This document shows, piece by piece, positions 9,027-22,451 of a stretch of 64,000 nucleotides of DNA; position 1 is the first letter of the stretch, and each line of letters begins with the position of its first letter. A program made the translations under genes and the position numbers. The notes beneath the pieces were generated by a model. The model did not search any database and was not told the origin of the DNA. It worked only from the letters and a program-made list of their open reading frames with translations. Source of the stretch: an uncultured Desulfarculus sp. (GTDB taxonomy: Bacteria; Desulfobacterota; Desulfarculia; Desulfarculales; Desulfarculaceae); the NCBI GenBank assembly GCA_963665125.2, contig CAXXUK010000001.1, positions 3,552,001-3,616,000 on the forward strand, read 5' to 3'.

Positions 9027-10079
9027 ATGTCAGCGGCCAAATCAAGCATAATAGAACGCTTTACCATGGAACCGCAGGTAGCCGCGGCGCTTAGCGCGGC
9101 CGAGCGGCAGATGGGCCAGTTGCAGATGCTGCATCGGATATGGCCCTTGTGGAATGATTTTGCCGCTGGTCCGCTTACGGCATACGCTGCTGTAAACGAG
9201 GCCCAGATGCGCGGACTGGATCTGGAGCCGGTTGAGCTGTTGTCCCTTGGCACCGAACCCGCGCCTTCGCGGCCCGGCAAACCACTGCGCATCGGCGTTG
9301 GATTTGTATTGGCCATGGGCCAAATGTACGGCAAGACTAAACCGGCCCTCACGCCCCAGGCAGTTGGCGGCATTCTCACGGGAATCGACGCGCCCCAACT
9401 GAGCCGCAGCAACCAACGCGACGACTGGCAGTTGCAGAACTCTCCGCCCGGCTCGGCCATTTGGGCCCAGGCGGGCAAGCTTGCCGCCGCCGGACTGCCG
9501 CCCCTGGCCGCCGCCGGGCTGGCCCTGGCCACCTGGGAAAAAGAGGGTCCTGAGCACAAACGCCGCTCCCTGGCCGGTAGGGTTCTGCTTTGCGGCCTGG
9601 CCCGCCACCTTGGCCTGCCCCCGGCCGGTTTCTTGAATTTGGGCCCGGCTCTTCCCCTGGCCGCTGTCAAATTCCCCGGCGGACTGGGCGGGCTTTTATC
9701 AGAGGTTAGATCTCATGGGGCCTGGCGGCCATGGCTGGCCGTGTTTCTCAATGCCGCCGAACTAAGCGCGGCCCAAGCCGCCGATCTGGCCCTGGCCGTG
9801 CATATGCTCCAGGAGGAGAACCAGGGCCTGGTGCGCACCTGGGTCCGGGCTCCGCGCCACCCCCTGCGCCTGTTGGATCTGCTGGTGGGCCACTGTGTCA
9901 TTGACTTGCCCACCGTGGCCAAAGAGCTTGACGTGACCCAGCGCACGGCCGGGCTTCTGGCCTCCAAACTCGAGGAGATGGGTCTTTTGGTCGAAGTCAC
10001 CGGCCAAAAGAGAGGTCGACGGTTTGCCTACATCCCGTTAATCAACGCCCTTTGGCCAGCCGATGAAGAAGAGGGCTGA
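9027..10079 (+). CDS. Fic/DOC-family-like protein with C-terminal winged HTH; catalytic motif degenerate
   Basis: LPPLAAAGLALATWE..AGRVLL context, VRSHGAWRPWLAVFL and C-terminal LEEMGLLVEVTGQKRGRRF resemble Fic-HTH proteins. Confidence 0.65.
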   Translation: MSAAKSSIIERFTMEPQVAAALSAAERQMGQLQMLHRIWPLWNDFAAGPLTAYAAVNEAQMRGLDLEPVELLSLGTEPAPSRPGKPLRIGVGFVLAMGQMYGKTKPALTPQAVGGILTGIDAPQLSRSNQRDDWQLQNSPPGSAIWAQAGKLAAAGLPPLAAAGLALATWEKEGPEHKRRSLAGRVLLCGLARHLGLPPAGFLNLGPALPLAAVKFPGGLGGLLSEVRSHGAWRPWLAVFLNAAELSAAQAADLALAVHMLQEENQGLVRTWVRAPRHPLRLLDLLVGHCVIDLPTVAKELDVTQRTAGLLASKLEEMGLLVEVTGQKRGRRFAYIPLINALWPADEEEG

Positions 10080-10105
10080 TCTTCGGACGGATTGGACGTC
10101 TTGTC

Positions 10106-10687
10106 ATGGAAGAGCAGGTTCTGGTTTTCCCAAGCAAACTGGCCAAGCGCCATGTTCCGGAAAGCGGCTTCACCCAAGACATCGACGGTTTCATGAAAGC
10201 TGTTGAACCGAAGCTTTGTTTCATGTCTCGCGGTCAGGTTGAAGGTAACCCCCGCTACAAACAAATTATTCCCTTTGTGATAATCCGGCGTGAAGGACAG
10301 ATATTGCGCCATTTGCGGGGCAGCGGAGACGACCGCCTGGCCTGGAGCTGGAGCCTGGGCATTGGCGGCCATATCAACCAACAAGACGTTGATGGCTCTC
10401 GGCCCTTTTACCGCCGGGCAATGCTGCGGGAACTTCACGAAGAGGTTCACATAGACGGACCCTACAGCACCCGTCTGTTGGGCCTGGTAAATGACGAGTC
10501 CAACCAGGTTGGCCAGACCCACCTGGGTTTGGTGTTTCTAGTGGAACTGGATTACGGCGAGGTCCGGCCCTGTGAAGACGGACTGGTTGCCGCCGGTTTT
10601 GAGAATCCAGCAGACCTGCGGGCCCGCCGTCATCAGTTTGAAAACTGGTCCCAACACCTATTAGACCTGAACAATGTTCCGTTTTAG
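10106..10687 (+). CDS. Nudix-fold putative phosphoesterase
   Basis: YKQIIPF, SLGIGGHIN, RELHEEV Nudix box, VGQTHLG, FENWS. Confidence 0.8.
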   Translation: MEEQVLVFPSKLAKRHVPESGFTQDIDGFMKAVEPKLCFMSRGQVEGNPRYKQIIPFVIIRREGQILRHLRGSGDDRLAWSWSLGIGGHINQQDVDGSRPFYRRAMLRELHEEVHIDGPYSTRLLGLVNDESNQVGQTHLGLVFLVELDYGEVRPCEDGLVAAGFENPADLRARRHQFENWSQHLLDLNNVPF

Positions 10688-10847
10688 CTATTTTCTAGCT
10701 ACGTTATAGGCTATACCATCTTGACAAACGCCCCCTGTTTTCATTTATGCTCTTTCTGTAGCCGCATCTTTGACCACACTCCCGGGGCTGCTTTTTTGCG
10801 GCTTTGGCGCCGCGGTTCGCCCTATTTTTTCAATGTGGAGTATGGAC

Positions 10848-12635
10848 ATGGCCGATATCATGAAACCGAGATTACAGTCAGGTCAGGCCTTTTTCGACGA
10901 GGCCCTGATGAATTGCTACCAGCGTATCGGCTATCCCAAGGGGTGGCTTGATGAGGGCAAAACCTACTCCCCAGATGACGCCTATGTCATCAGTCATCCA
11001 AGTTGGTATATGGAGGAACTTCCTTCTCCGCCGATGGTCAGTATATATGATCTTTTCAAGCAGACCGTCGAGCGGGTACCCGACGATGTGGCGGTTATAT
11101 TCCTCGACAAGCCGGTGACTTATCGCCAACTAGACGACATGATCAGCCGGTATGCCGCTTTTCTGGCCAGCCACGGAATCGGCAAAGGCGACGTATGCGC
11201 GGCCATGCTGCCCAATTCGCTGCAACACGTAATTGCCTTTTACGCAGCGGTCAAGATTGGTGCGACCCATTCGCCGCTCAATGTGATGTACCAGGCCGAC
11301 GAGGTGGAATACCAACTCACCGACAACAAGGCCAAGGTAGTCTTGTCTCTGGATCTGTTGGCCGACAAAGTCTTGCCATTGGTCAAAAGTGGCCAGGTGC
11401 GCAAGCTTTTGGTGACCAACATTAAGGATTGGGCCATTGACGGTTACGAGCCATACCCGGCAATCAAATTCCTTTGGGACATACCCAAGATGCCGGTTGA
11501 AGGGGCTCTTGACTTCTTTGATACACTGGAGGCTCAAACGCCTCTGGAAGAAGCCTACAAGTGCGACCCCAAGAACGACGTGGCCCTTCTTTTATACACC
11601 GCCGGTACAACAGGCCGCAGCAAGGGCGTCATCGAGACCCATTTCAACATGGTCTACAATTCCTTGACCCACACTCACGCCTTCAGGACCTGGGGTGATC
11701 ATGAAATTAATTTTTCGATCATGCCCATGTTCCACACGGCCGGGTATTTCCTTCATACTTTGCCGGTGTTTTACCAGGGCGGCACTCTCATCCCCATCCC
11801 CATGTTCGATGTGGCTGATTGTTTCCGGATCATAGGGCTGCACAAGGTCAATGTGATTTTTGCCCCGCCAACTCTGTTCATAGCCCTTTTGGCGGATCAG
11901 GAGCTGGTCAAGCGCAGCGACCTTAGCAGCATAAGGGTCACTATCGGCTGCGGCGCGCCGGTCCCCGTGGCCCTGCAACAGCAATGGGAGAAAATCACCG
12001 GAGCCCGTCTGGTCAACGGCTGGGGCATGACCGAAACCAACAGCGGCGGCATTATCAGCATCCCGGGCATCAAGGAAAAAACCGAAGCCATCGGCGTGCC
12101 GGTGTATAGCGAGACCAAGATCTGCGACGAGGGTGGCAATGTGGTCAAGCGTGGTGAGCAGGGCGAAATTTTGTACCGAGGCCTGCAAGTTGCCAAGGGA
12201 TATCTGAACAAGCCCGAAGCCACCGCCGAGGCTTTTATGCAAGATGGCTGGTTCCGCACGGGTGATCGTGGATTTATCGATGATGACGACTTTGTTCATT
12301 TTGTCGACCGTATCAAGGACTTGATCGTCGCCTCGGGTTACAACGTGGCGCCAGTGGAGATTGAGGAGGTCTTGTACAAGCATCCGTCCGTGGCCGAGGT
12401 GGCTGTCATCGGCATTCCAGACGAATACCGCGGCGAGACGATAAAGGCCTATGTGGCCTTAAAGCCCGATGCCAAAGAGGGCCTTGTCGTGGAGGATTTG
12501 ATATCCCATTGCAAGGAGCATCTGGCGACGTTCAAGGTGCCCCGCCAGATCGAACTACGCGACACCCTGCCCAAGAGCGCCGTGGGCAAGATACTCAGGC
12601 GTGTGTTGCGCGACGAGCACGTTCAAAACGCATAG
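10848..12635 (+). CDS. Long-chain fatty-acid--CoA ligase (AMP-binding)
   Basis: YTAGTTGRSKG, GWGMTET, WFRTGD, DRIKD, PKSAVGKILRR; ATG 10848 follows GGAG. Confidence 0.92.
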   Translation: MADIMKPRLQSGQAFFDEALMNCYQRIGYPKGWLDEGKTYSPDDAYVISHPSWYMEELPSPPMVSIYDLFKQTVERVPDDVAVIFLDKPVTYRQLDDMISRYAAFLASHGIGKGDVCAAMLPNSLQHVIAFYAAVKIGATHSPLNVMYQADEVEYQLTDNKAKVVLSLDLLADKVLPLVKSGQVRKLLVTNIKDWAIDGYEPYPAIKFLWDIPKMPVEGALDFFDTLEAQTPLEEAYKCDPKNDVALLLYTAGTTGRSKGVIETHFNMVYNSLTHTHAFRTWGDHEINFSIMPMFHTAGYFLHTLPVFYQGGTLIPIPMFDVADCFRIIGLHKVNVIFAPPTLFIALLADQELVKRSDLSSIRVTIGCGAPVPVALQQQWEKITGARLVNGWGMTETNSGGIISIPGIKEKTEAIGVPVYSETKICDEGGNVVKRGEQGEILYRGLQVAKGYLNKPEATAEAFMQDGWFRTGDRGFIDDDDFVHFVDRIKDLIVASGYNVAPVEIEEVLYKHPSVAEVAVIGIPDEYRGETIKAYVALKPDAKEGLVVEDLISHCKEHLATFKVPRQIELRDTLPKSAVGKILRRVLRDEHVQNA

Positions 12636-12665
12636 CCCAGCAATACAGCGCCTCCCCAAAAAAGT

Positions 12666-12695
12666 AGCCCCCGGCTCATTGCTGAGTCGGGGGCT
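12666..12695. terminator. Terminator hairpin between the convergent CoA ligase gene and rRNA operon
   Basis: agcccccggctca-ttgc-tgagtcgggggct flanked by A runs (U tract on the minus strand). Confidence 0.8.
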
Positions 12696-12704
12696 TAAAA
12701 AATG

Positions 12705-12822
<118 letters not shown>

Positions 12823-12927
12823 ACTTTATTCAATTTTCAGGGCTGCCATCTGGCAACACAATAGAGTAGGAAACACATTTTGTTCAACGCTTCGGCCGAG
12901 TCTGTTGTCATCTTTAAAGATGTTAAA

Positions 12928-15927
<3,000 letters not shown>

Positions 15928-16148
15928 CAAATCTTGAAAGATACTTTCAGACTCAGCCTAAGCGTTGGACAGAATCAACGCTTAATTACGTTCTAGTAAA
16001 CGCAAACTTACGTTTACAATGTGTTTCCTACTCTATTCTATTGTCAGATAGCTCTTTGGCCTTTCGGCCTATATTTGCCGGATCAATAGTTCCGGACAAA
16101 ATCTTTATATTCTCTAGCGGGCCTCTCAGTTTGGCGCGCTTTCTTGCC

Positions 16149-16224
16149 TGGTGGAGGTGAACGGACTCGAACCGTCGGCCTCCTGCGTGCAAGGCAGGCG
16201 CTCTCCCATCTGAGCTACACCCCC
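16149..16224 (-). tRNA. tRNA-Ala (TGC)
   Basis: GGGGGTGTAGCTCAG..CCTGC-CTTGCAC-GCAGG..TTCGAGT..CCA, 76 nt. Confidence 0.97.
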
Positions 16225-16241
16225 TGATAATCACCCTAAGG

Positions 16242-16320
<79 letters not shown>

Positions 16321-16454
16321 ATTCAAGAGCTTTTTCTTCGCTTGTCAGAGAGCAAAAATTGATCCCTGAAAGCTGAATAGCGGGTCTGGACGTCAATACG
16401 ACCGAGTCTTAATGGCAACGATGTTCTCGGATCCCGAGACATCGAAGCATAAAA

Positions 16455-18017
<1,563 letters not shown>

Positions 18018-18129
18018 ATATCGTCACTGCTTTCGCAGCTTTAACCGGGAAATTGACTCGACCCGAATTGACGTCCATTTCACCCGCTATTCAGTTTTCA
18101 GAGATCATTTGTGCAGAAGCGCGATATTC

Positions 18130-18158
18130 AATCTACCACGCTGTGTCTGCTTCGTCAA
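18130..18158 (-). promoter_or_regulatory. rRNA promoter P2 (sigma-70)
   Basis: TTGACG-17bp-TAGATT on the minus strand. Confidence 0.7.
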
Positions 18159-18240
18159 GGGCTTGTTTTTGGGGTTTTTGCACCTTTGTCTCAAGCCGTG
18201 CCGCGCTTGGCTCGTTGGCTTCCGTGCGGCAACGAGGGGA

Positions 18241-18268
18241 ATAATAACAGAACTTCTTTTGCCGTCAA
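18241..18268 (-). promoter_or_regulatory. rRNA promoter P1 (sigma-70)
   Basis: TTGACG-16bp-TATTAT on the minus strand, A-tract upstream, C-rich discriminator. Confidence 0.75.
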
Positions 18269-18302
18269 CACGGAAAACGCTTTTTTTTGACAATTCCGCA
18301 AC

Positions 18303-18350
18303 ATTCTACATGTTGTATTTAGTGCACTTGTGTACCACTACATGTTGTAT
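18303..18350. promoter_or_regulatory. Tandem NrdR-box-like operators
   Basis: attCtAcATgTtGtat and ccaCtAcATgTtGtat, 32 bp apart; both fit the consensus acaCwAtATaTwGtgt at its conserved positions. Confidence 0.55.
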
Positions 18351-18510
18351 GCGCCACCCGCCAAACATCGCGCCCTTGTGATGAACGCCGCTCAAAATCC
18401 AATTTGTCTTTTTTGGGTGTTTACAGGCCTTGGCCCATTTTTTCCGGTGTACTCAGTATACACTGCCCATGCCCCGGCGCCGAAGCCCCGGACCGGGCCT
18501 CCGAGGGCCG

Positions 18511-20478
18511 CTATTCTTCCTTACGGCCAACCAATCCTGTGAGCCCGGCGACGACCACCAATGCCAGAAACCAACTGCCAAACTTCTGAAACATGAACCA
18601 AGCTCGTGGAATGCCGTGGATGTCTTTAATTATGTCTGTGTGACCTTTGGCCAGTTCAAGAACAGGGATCGTTTGATCCAAGCTAAAAGCCGCCCACCAA
18701 GCGAGGCTATGCTTATTGAGTTTCGGTAGTTCTATCCCCTCCATTACGCCATAGTGCACCAGAAGAATTACCAGCCAACCTATTGTCGCCAGCAAACCAC
18801 CACAGAGTAATGACCTTAAGTAGCCCGCCCCGACGCCGTAGTTTATTGTCCACTTTAATGCAGTCCGCCAGGCATAGCGCAAATATCCTTTTATTTCAAA
18901 CCTCGTTAATGCTTTTCTGAAAGGATTCCTCCAACTTATCGCCTTTGCCCTATCCTTGCGTATTTCTTTATCAACCTTTTCCTGCTTCCAGCTTTTTCGC
19001 CTCTGCTCATATAGTGCACGCTTGACCACGTTAGCCTTTCTTGTGTGGCCTACCGCTCTAAGCATTCTGTAACACTGACGATATGGCTGCGGGGAGTCAT
19101 TTCTTTGAAGGCTTAACAATTTAACAAACCATTCACCCCTCCTCTTCGTAAGCTGGTTTTCCTCTCCCTCTTCACCACCTCCAAAATATCCGTATGTCAG
19201 GCCCTCAAAATCCACCGAGCCCTCCACATGCGGCCAGGCGCTTATCGTGTCACAGATTGTGCCAATATTGGCCCCCCTTAGCACAAGCGACCCTGATTCT
19301 CCCCATTGAGGTTCTTCCATATCCAGTTTTAACGTCTTGCGAATACTAGCATTCTCAAAGGATACTAAACTGTTAAGCTGTGAATCACACAGAATTGCCG
19401 ATCCTTGTATGTTCGACCACCCAAAAAACAGCCCCTCATATGGCTCTTCTTCGTCATCTTCACTTTCTCCCGGATACTCCAATGCGTAATTTTCCGGCAT
19501 TTTCAGCAAGCAACACCCTTTGAGCCACAGGTCTCCGTTTATCGTCAGGTCCTCCGCCTCCAGGCCAGTTGAGACGGTAGCGTCGTTTAAATAGCAATCT
19601 CCGTCCACAATGGAGTCGTTAATGTAAAAATTCCACTTCATCTGGCTGCCATCTAGATAAACGTTTCCATCAGCACGAATACTCTTCATCTCCACCACAT
19701 TAAAAAATGTGGCATTTCTCATTAGAACTTGCCCACGGAAATGGCCGCCCGACATGTCAAGCTTAAATTTTGATTCTATTTCGTCCATGTTAAGCAACCC
19801 GCCAACATCAATGCCCAACATTAAAATTGATGCATTGCTTCTAGCATTTTCCAAACTTAGCAAACCTCCAATTTTGGCGTTTTTTAAATCAAGACCATTA
19901 AACACAGTGTTTCTTAAAAATAATGATTTCTTTGTGCGGAGGTTTTCAAAATTCGCAATGCCCTTAATATTTGAAAAGTCCATATCAATGGTATGGTCAC
20001 TATCGGCTTCTTTTAGAATCACTCCCATCTCAAATATGTTGTACCGTAGAGTCAATCTACTAGTTATAGAAATCCTCCGTAAATCCAATGTTTCCAAGAA
20101 GTAAGCACCACAAAGGCTAAAACCGCTGTATGGCAAGGCTGTTTTCCATGGCTCACTGCTTAATATCATTTCCAAAAATCTTGGCCTAATGGCTCTATCG
20201 TTTTTCGTATCATCTGACCATTCTTGGTCTGTTGGCAATTGCGGATCGTGCTTATATAACGAATTAAAATCCGCATTACCGTTTTTATGGATTTGCCTCC
20301 AAGCCCACTTTTCATTCTCTGTCCAATCTTTATGCGGCGGAGTTGTCTTTGGGCCGCCAGGCCAAGCCGGTTGGCCCTCGCGGGACAGGTCATACCAAAC
20401 GCTGTCTATTTCTGTAAGGTTAGGCCGGGTCAGGCCTAAAGGCTTACTCACTCGCTTCTTGGACATTAATCCCCCCAA
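18511..20478 (-). CDS. Low-GC hypothetical membrane protein with beta-solenoid-like repeats and C-terminal TM helices
   Basis: 655 aa; ~22-aa repeats (LDLKNAKIGGLLSLENA, FYINDSIVDGDCYLNDA), FEGLTYG..SPQPY motif, hydrophobic C-terminus. Confidence 0.8.
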   Translation of the reverse strand: MGGLMSKKRVSKPLGLTRPNLTEIDSVWYDLSREGQPAWPGGPKTTPPHKDWTENEKWAWRQIHKNGNADFNSLYKHDPQLPTDQEWSDDTKNDRAIRPRFLEMILSSEPWKTALPYSGFSLCGAYFLETLDLRRISITSRLTLRYNIFEMGVILKEADSDHTIDMDFSNIKGIANFENLRTKKSLFLRNTVFNGLDLKNAKIGGLLSLENARSNASILMLGIDVGGLLNMDEIESKFKLDMSGGHFRGQVLMRNATFFNVVEMKSIRADGNVYLDGSQMKWNFYINDSIVDGDCYLNDATVSTGLEAEDLTINGDLWLKGCCLLKMPENYALEYPGESEDDEEEPYEGLFFGWSNIQGSAILCDSQLNSLVSFENASIRKTLKLDMEEPQWGESGSLVLRGANIGTICDTISAWPHVEGSVDFEGLTYGYFGGGEEGEENQLTKRRGEWFVKLLSLQRNDSPQPYRQCYRMLRAVGHTRKANVVKRALYEQRRKSWKQEKVDKEIRKDRAKAISWRNPFRKALTRFEIKGYLRYAWRTALKWTINYGVGAGYLRSLLCGGLLATIGWLVILLVHYGVMEGIELPKLNKHSLAWWAAFSLDQTIPVLELAKGHTDIIKDIHGIPRAWFMFQKFGSWFLALVVVAGLTGLVGRKEE

Positions 20479-20549
20479 ATAGAAATAGCTGTGCCTCGCG
20501 GCTCGTCAGCCGCCTTTGGCATCATAACATGTTTGCAGGTGTTTTTAGC

Positions 20550-21290
20550 CTATTCGCCGTTGTGCTCGCGCACGTGTTCGCCGATGACCCGGCGAACCAT
20601 GGCCGCGGTTTGTTCCACGCTAAGCTCAGCGAAGGCCGATGGCGGGATCTCGTCCAGCACCTCGATGGTGATGTCCCTATGCCCGCGCATGACCATGCTC
20701 TTTTTGGGCAGGGCGTGGCAGGTGCCGCTGACGGCTATGGGCAAAATGGGCAGGTTCAGTTCCTTTGCCAGGATAAACGCGCCGGGCTTGAAGTCCCGCA
20801 GGTTGCCGTCCTTGGAGCGGCTGCCCTCGGGGAAGATCCACACCGAGTTGCCCTGGCCCAGGCTGCGTCGGCAGTGGTCAAGCATTTGGCGCACGCTGTC
20901 CTTGTCGCCGCGCACCAGCTTGATGTAGTCGTTGAGGATCATGTTCCAACCGATGAACGGCAGCTTGAATATCTCGATCTTTGACACCCACTTGTAGTGG
21001 AAGAACAGGCCGAAGGCCACCAGGATGTCCAACTGTGATTGATGGTTGGAGACCACCACATAGGTTGTCTTGGGGTCGATCTTCTGCCGGCCGATCTTGG
21101 CCACATGCCACAGGGGCACCAGCCAGACATACATATAGCCCCAAAAACATGTGAACAGGTGCAGGGCCTTCAGGCGGCGGTCAAAAGGCCGGGTCACCAG
21201 CCATATGACCAAAGCTACAAAATAGAAGATCATGCAAGTGACGGCCATGTAGCCGATGAGCGCCCAGGACATTATGCGGTTGAAGATCAT
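20550..21290 (-). CDS. plsC: 1-acyl-sn-glycerol-3-phosphate acyltransferase (PlsC family)
   Basis: NHQSQLD (HX4D) and FPEGSRS motifs. Confidence 0.9.
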   Translation of the reverse strand: MIFNRIMSWALIGYMAVTCMIFYFVALVIWLVTRPFDRRLKALHLFTCFWGYMYVWLVPLWHVAKIGRQKIDPKTTYVVVSNHQSQLDILVAFGLFFHYKWVSKIEIFKLPFIGWNMILNDYIKLVRGDKDSVRQMLDHCRRSLGQGNSVWIFPEGSRSKDGNLRDFKPGAFILAKELNLPILPIAVSGTCHALPKKSMVMRGHRDITIEVLDEIPPSAFAELSVEQTAAMVRRVIGEHVREHNGE

Positions 21291-21504
21291 GAAGCCCTCT
21301 TACGGATTCAGTGTTCAAAGGCCGTGCCCATCCCCAAGCGGCCTGATTTGCAACCTGTCCATAATACTGCTTTTGTCGTTCCGTGGGTAGGGTTTAGAGG
21401 CATGTTATTGTTACATATTCGTTTTAGGGCGGGGCTGGTATAACGGGCCTAGTACTCGTTCATAAATTTTGGCTCTTTGGGCTTCTGGCGAAGCTAATTG
21501 TCCC

Positions 21505-22255
21505 CTGGGGGAAATGGGACCCCCTTTCGACAAAGGTGGTCCCCGGCTCCCCCCAGACCCCGCCTCCCCCCCTCCAAATGACGTTGCCTCTAGTTGAGTC
21601 TGAGGTTCCCTGGGATATGCTTACGCTTATAGATAAGCCTGTATATGTTGGCGGAGCCGGATCGGCCTATAGCAACATGGCTTGTAAAGACGAACCGGAC
21701 TGTAATGCCGTGCCCGATGAAAGGTATGAGGCCGGTTGTGTAGAGCACCAACGTGGATTAAACACACACCGCTCGGCGCGATCGGCCACGGCGCCCGCTT
21801 TGGGCTCTTTCTCCGCGCCGTTTCCGAAATGCAGCCAAGGAATTTGGCAAAAACAGTGCGGTCCACAACTGGGCGGGGAAGACATAGCTCCACAAGCATT
21901 TCCGCTCGCAGGGCCGGTTACAATCCTGCTGGGCCAGATATGCCTTTTGCGAGCGGGGAGTCCAGAGGGGCCGGCGAGCTTTGGCATTATCAAAAGCGAA
22001 GAGGCCCCTCTGGCCGCCGGAGGCAAACGATCTCTTGCACCCCGGCCCGTCCCTGGTCCGAAAAACAGCGCCCCGAACGGAGCAAGTTCGATCCGGGGCT
22101 TGCGGCTGTCGCGGCAAGCCGGGTCGGCCATGCTATTTTCTTGCACCTTGGCCCGTCCTTGGGCCAAGGTGCAGCGCCTCGGACGGAGCAAGTCCGATCC
22201 GGCGCTCACGGCGCGTGGCTTCGCGCCGCGCCGGGCTGGCCGTCCTGGCCAGCCT
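21505..22255. repeat. Cluster of REP/MITE-like palindromes including a 64-bp direct repeat
   Basis: Many GC hairpins; tcttgcacc..cggagcaagt.cgatccgg at 22033-22096 and 22139-22202. Confidence 0.65.
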
Positions 22256-22451
22256 ATCTGAAACGCATGATGTTGCCATTATGGAGGTGCCAGGCCGGGG
22301 CCACGTGGGGGTATTACGGCGTTGAGCGCTTCCCGCGATATGGCGGTCCACGCATCGGGGCTATTTTCTTGCGCCTTTTATTGAAAAAGGCCGGACGCTT
22401 GCCTAATCGCATGCGCCCGGCCCCTGTTTGGCTTGAATCTGGTATTGGCTT

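Noticed and set aside
22033..22202. Possible CRISPR array
   Set aside because: Only two diverged 64-bp units, no regular repeat-spacer series and no cas genes
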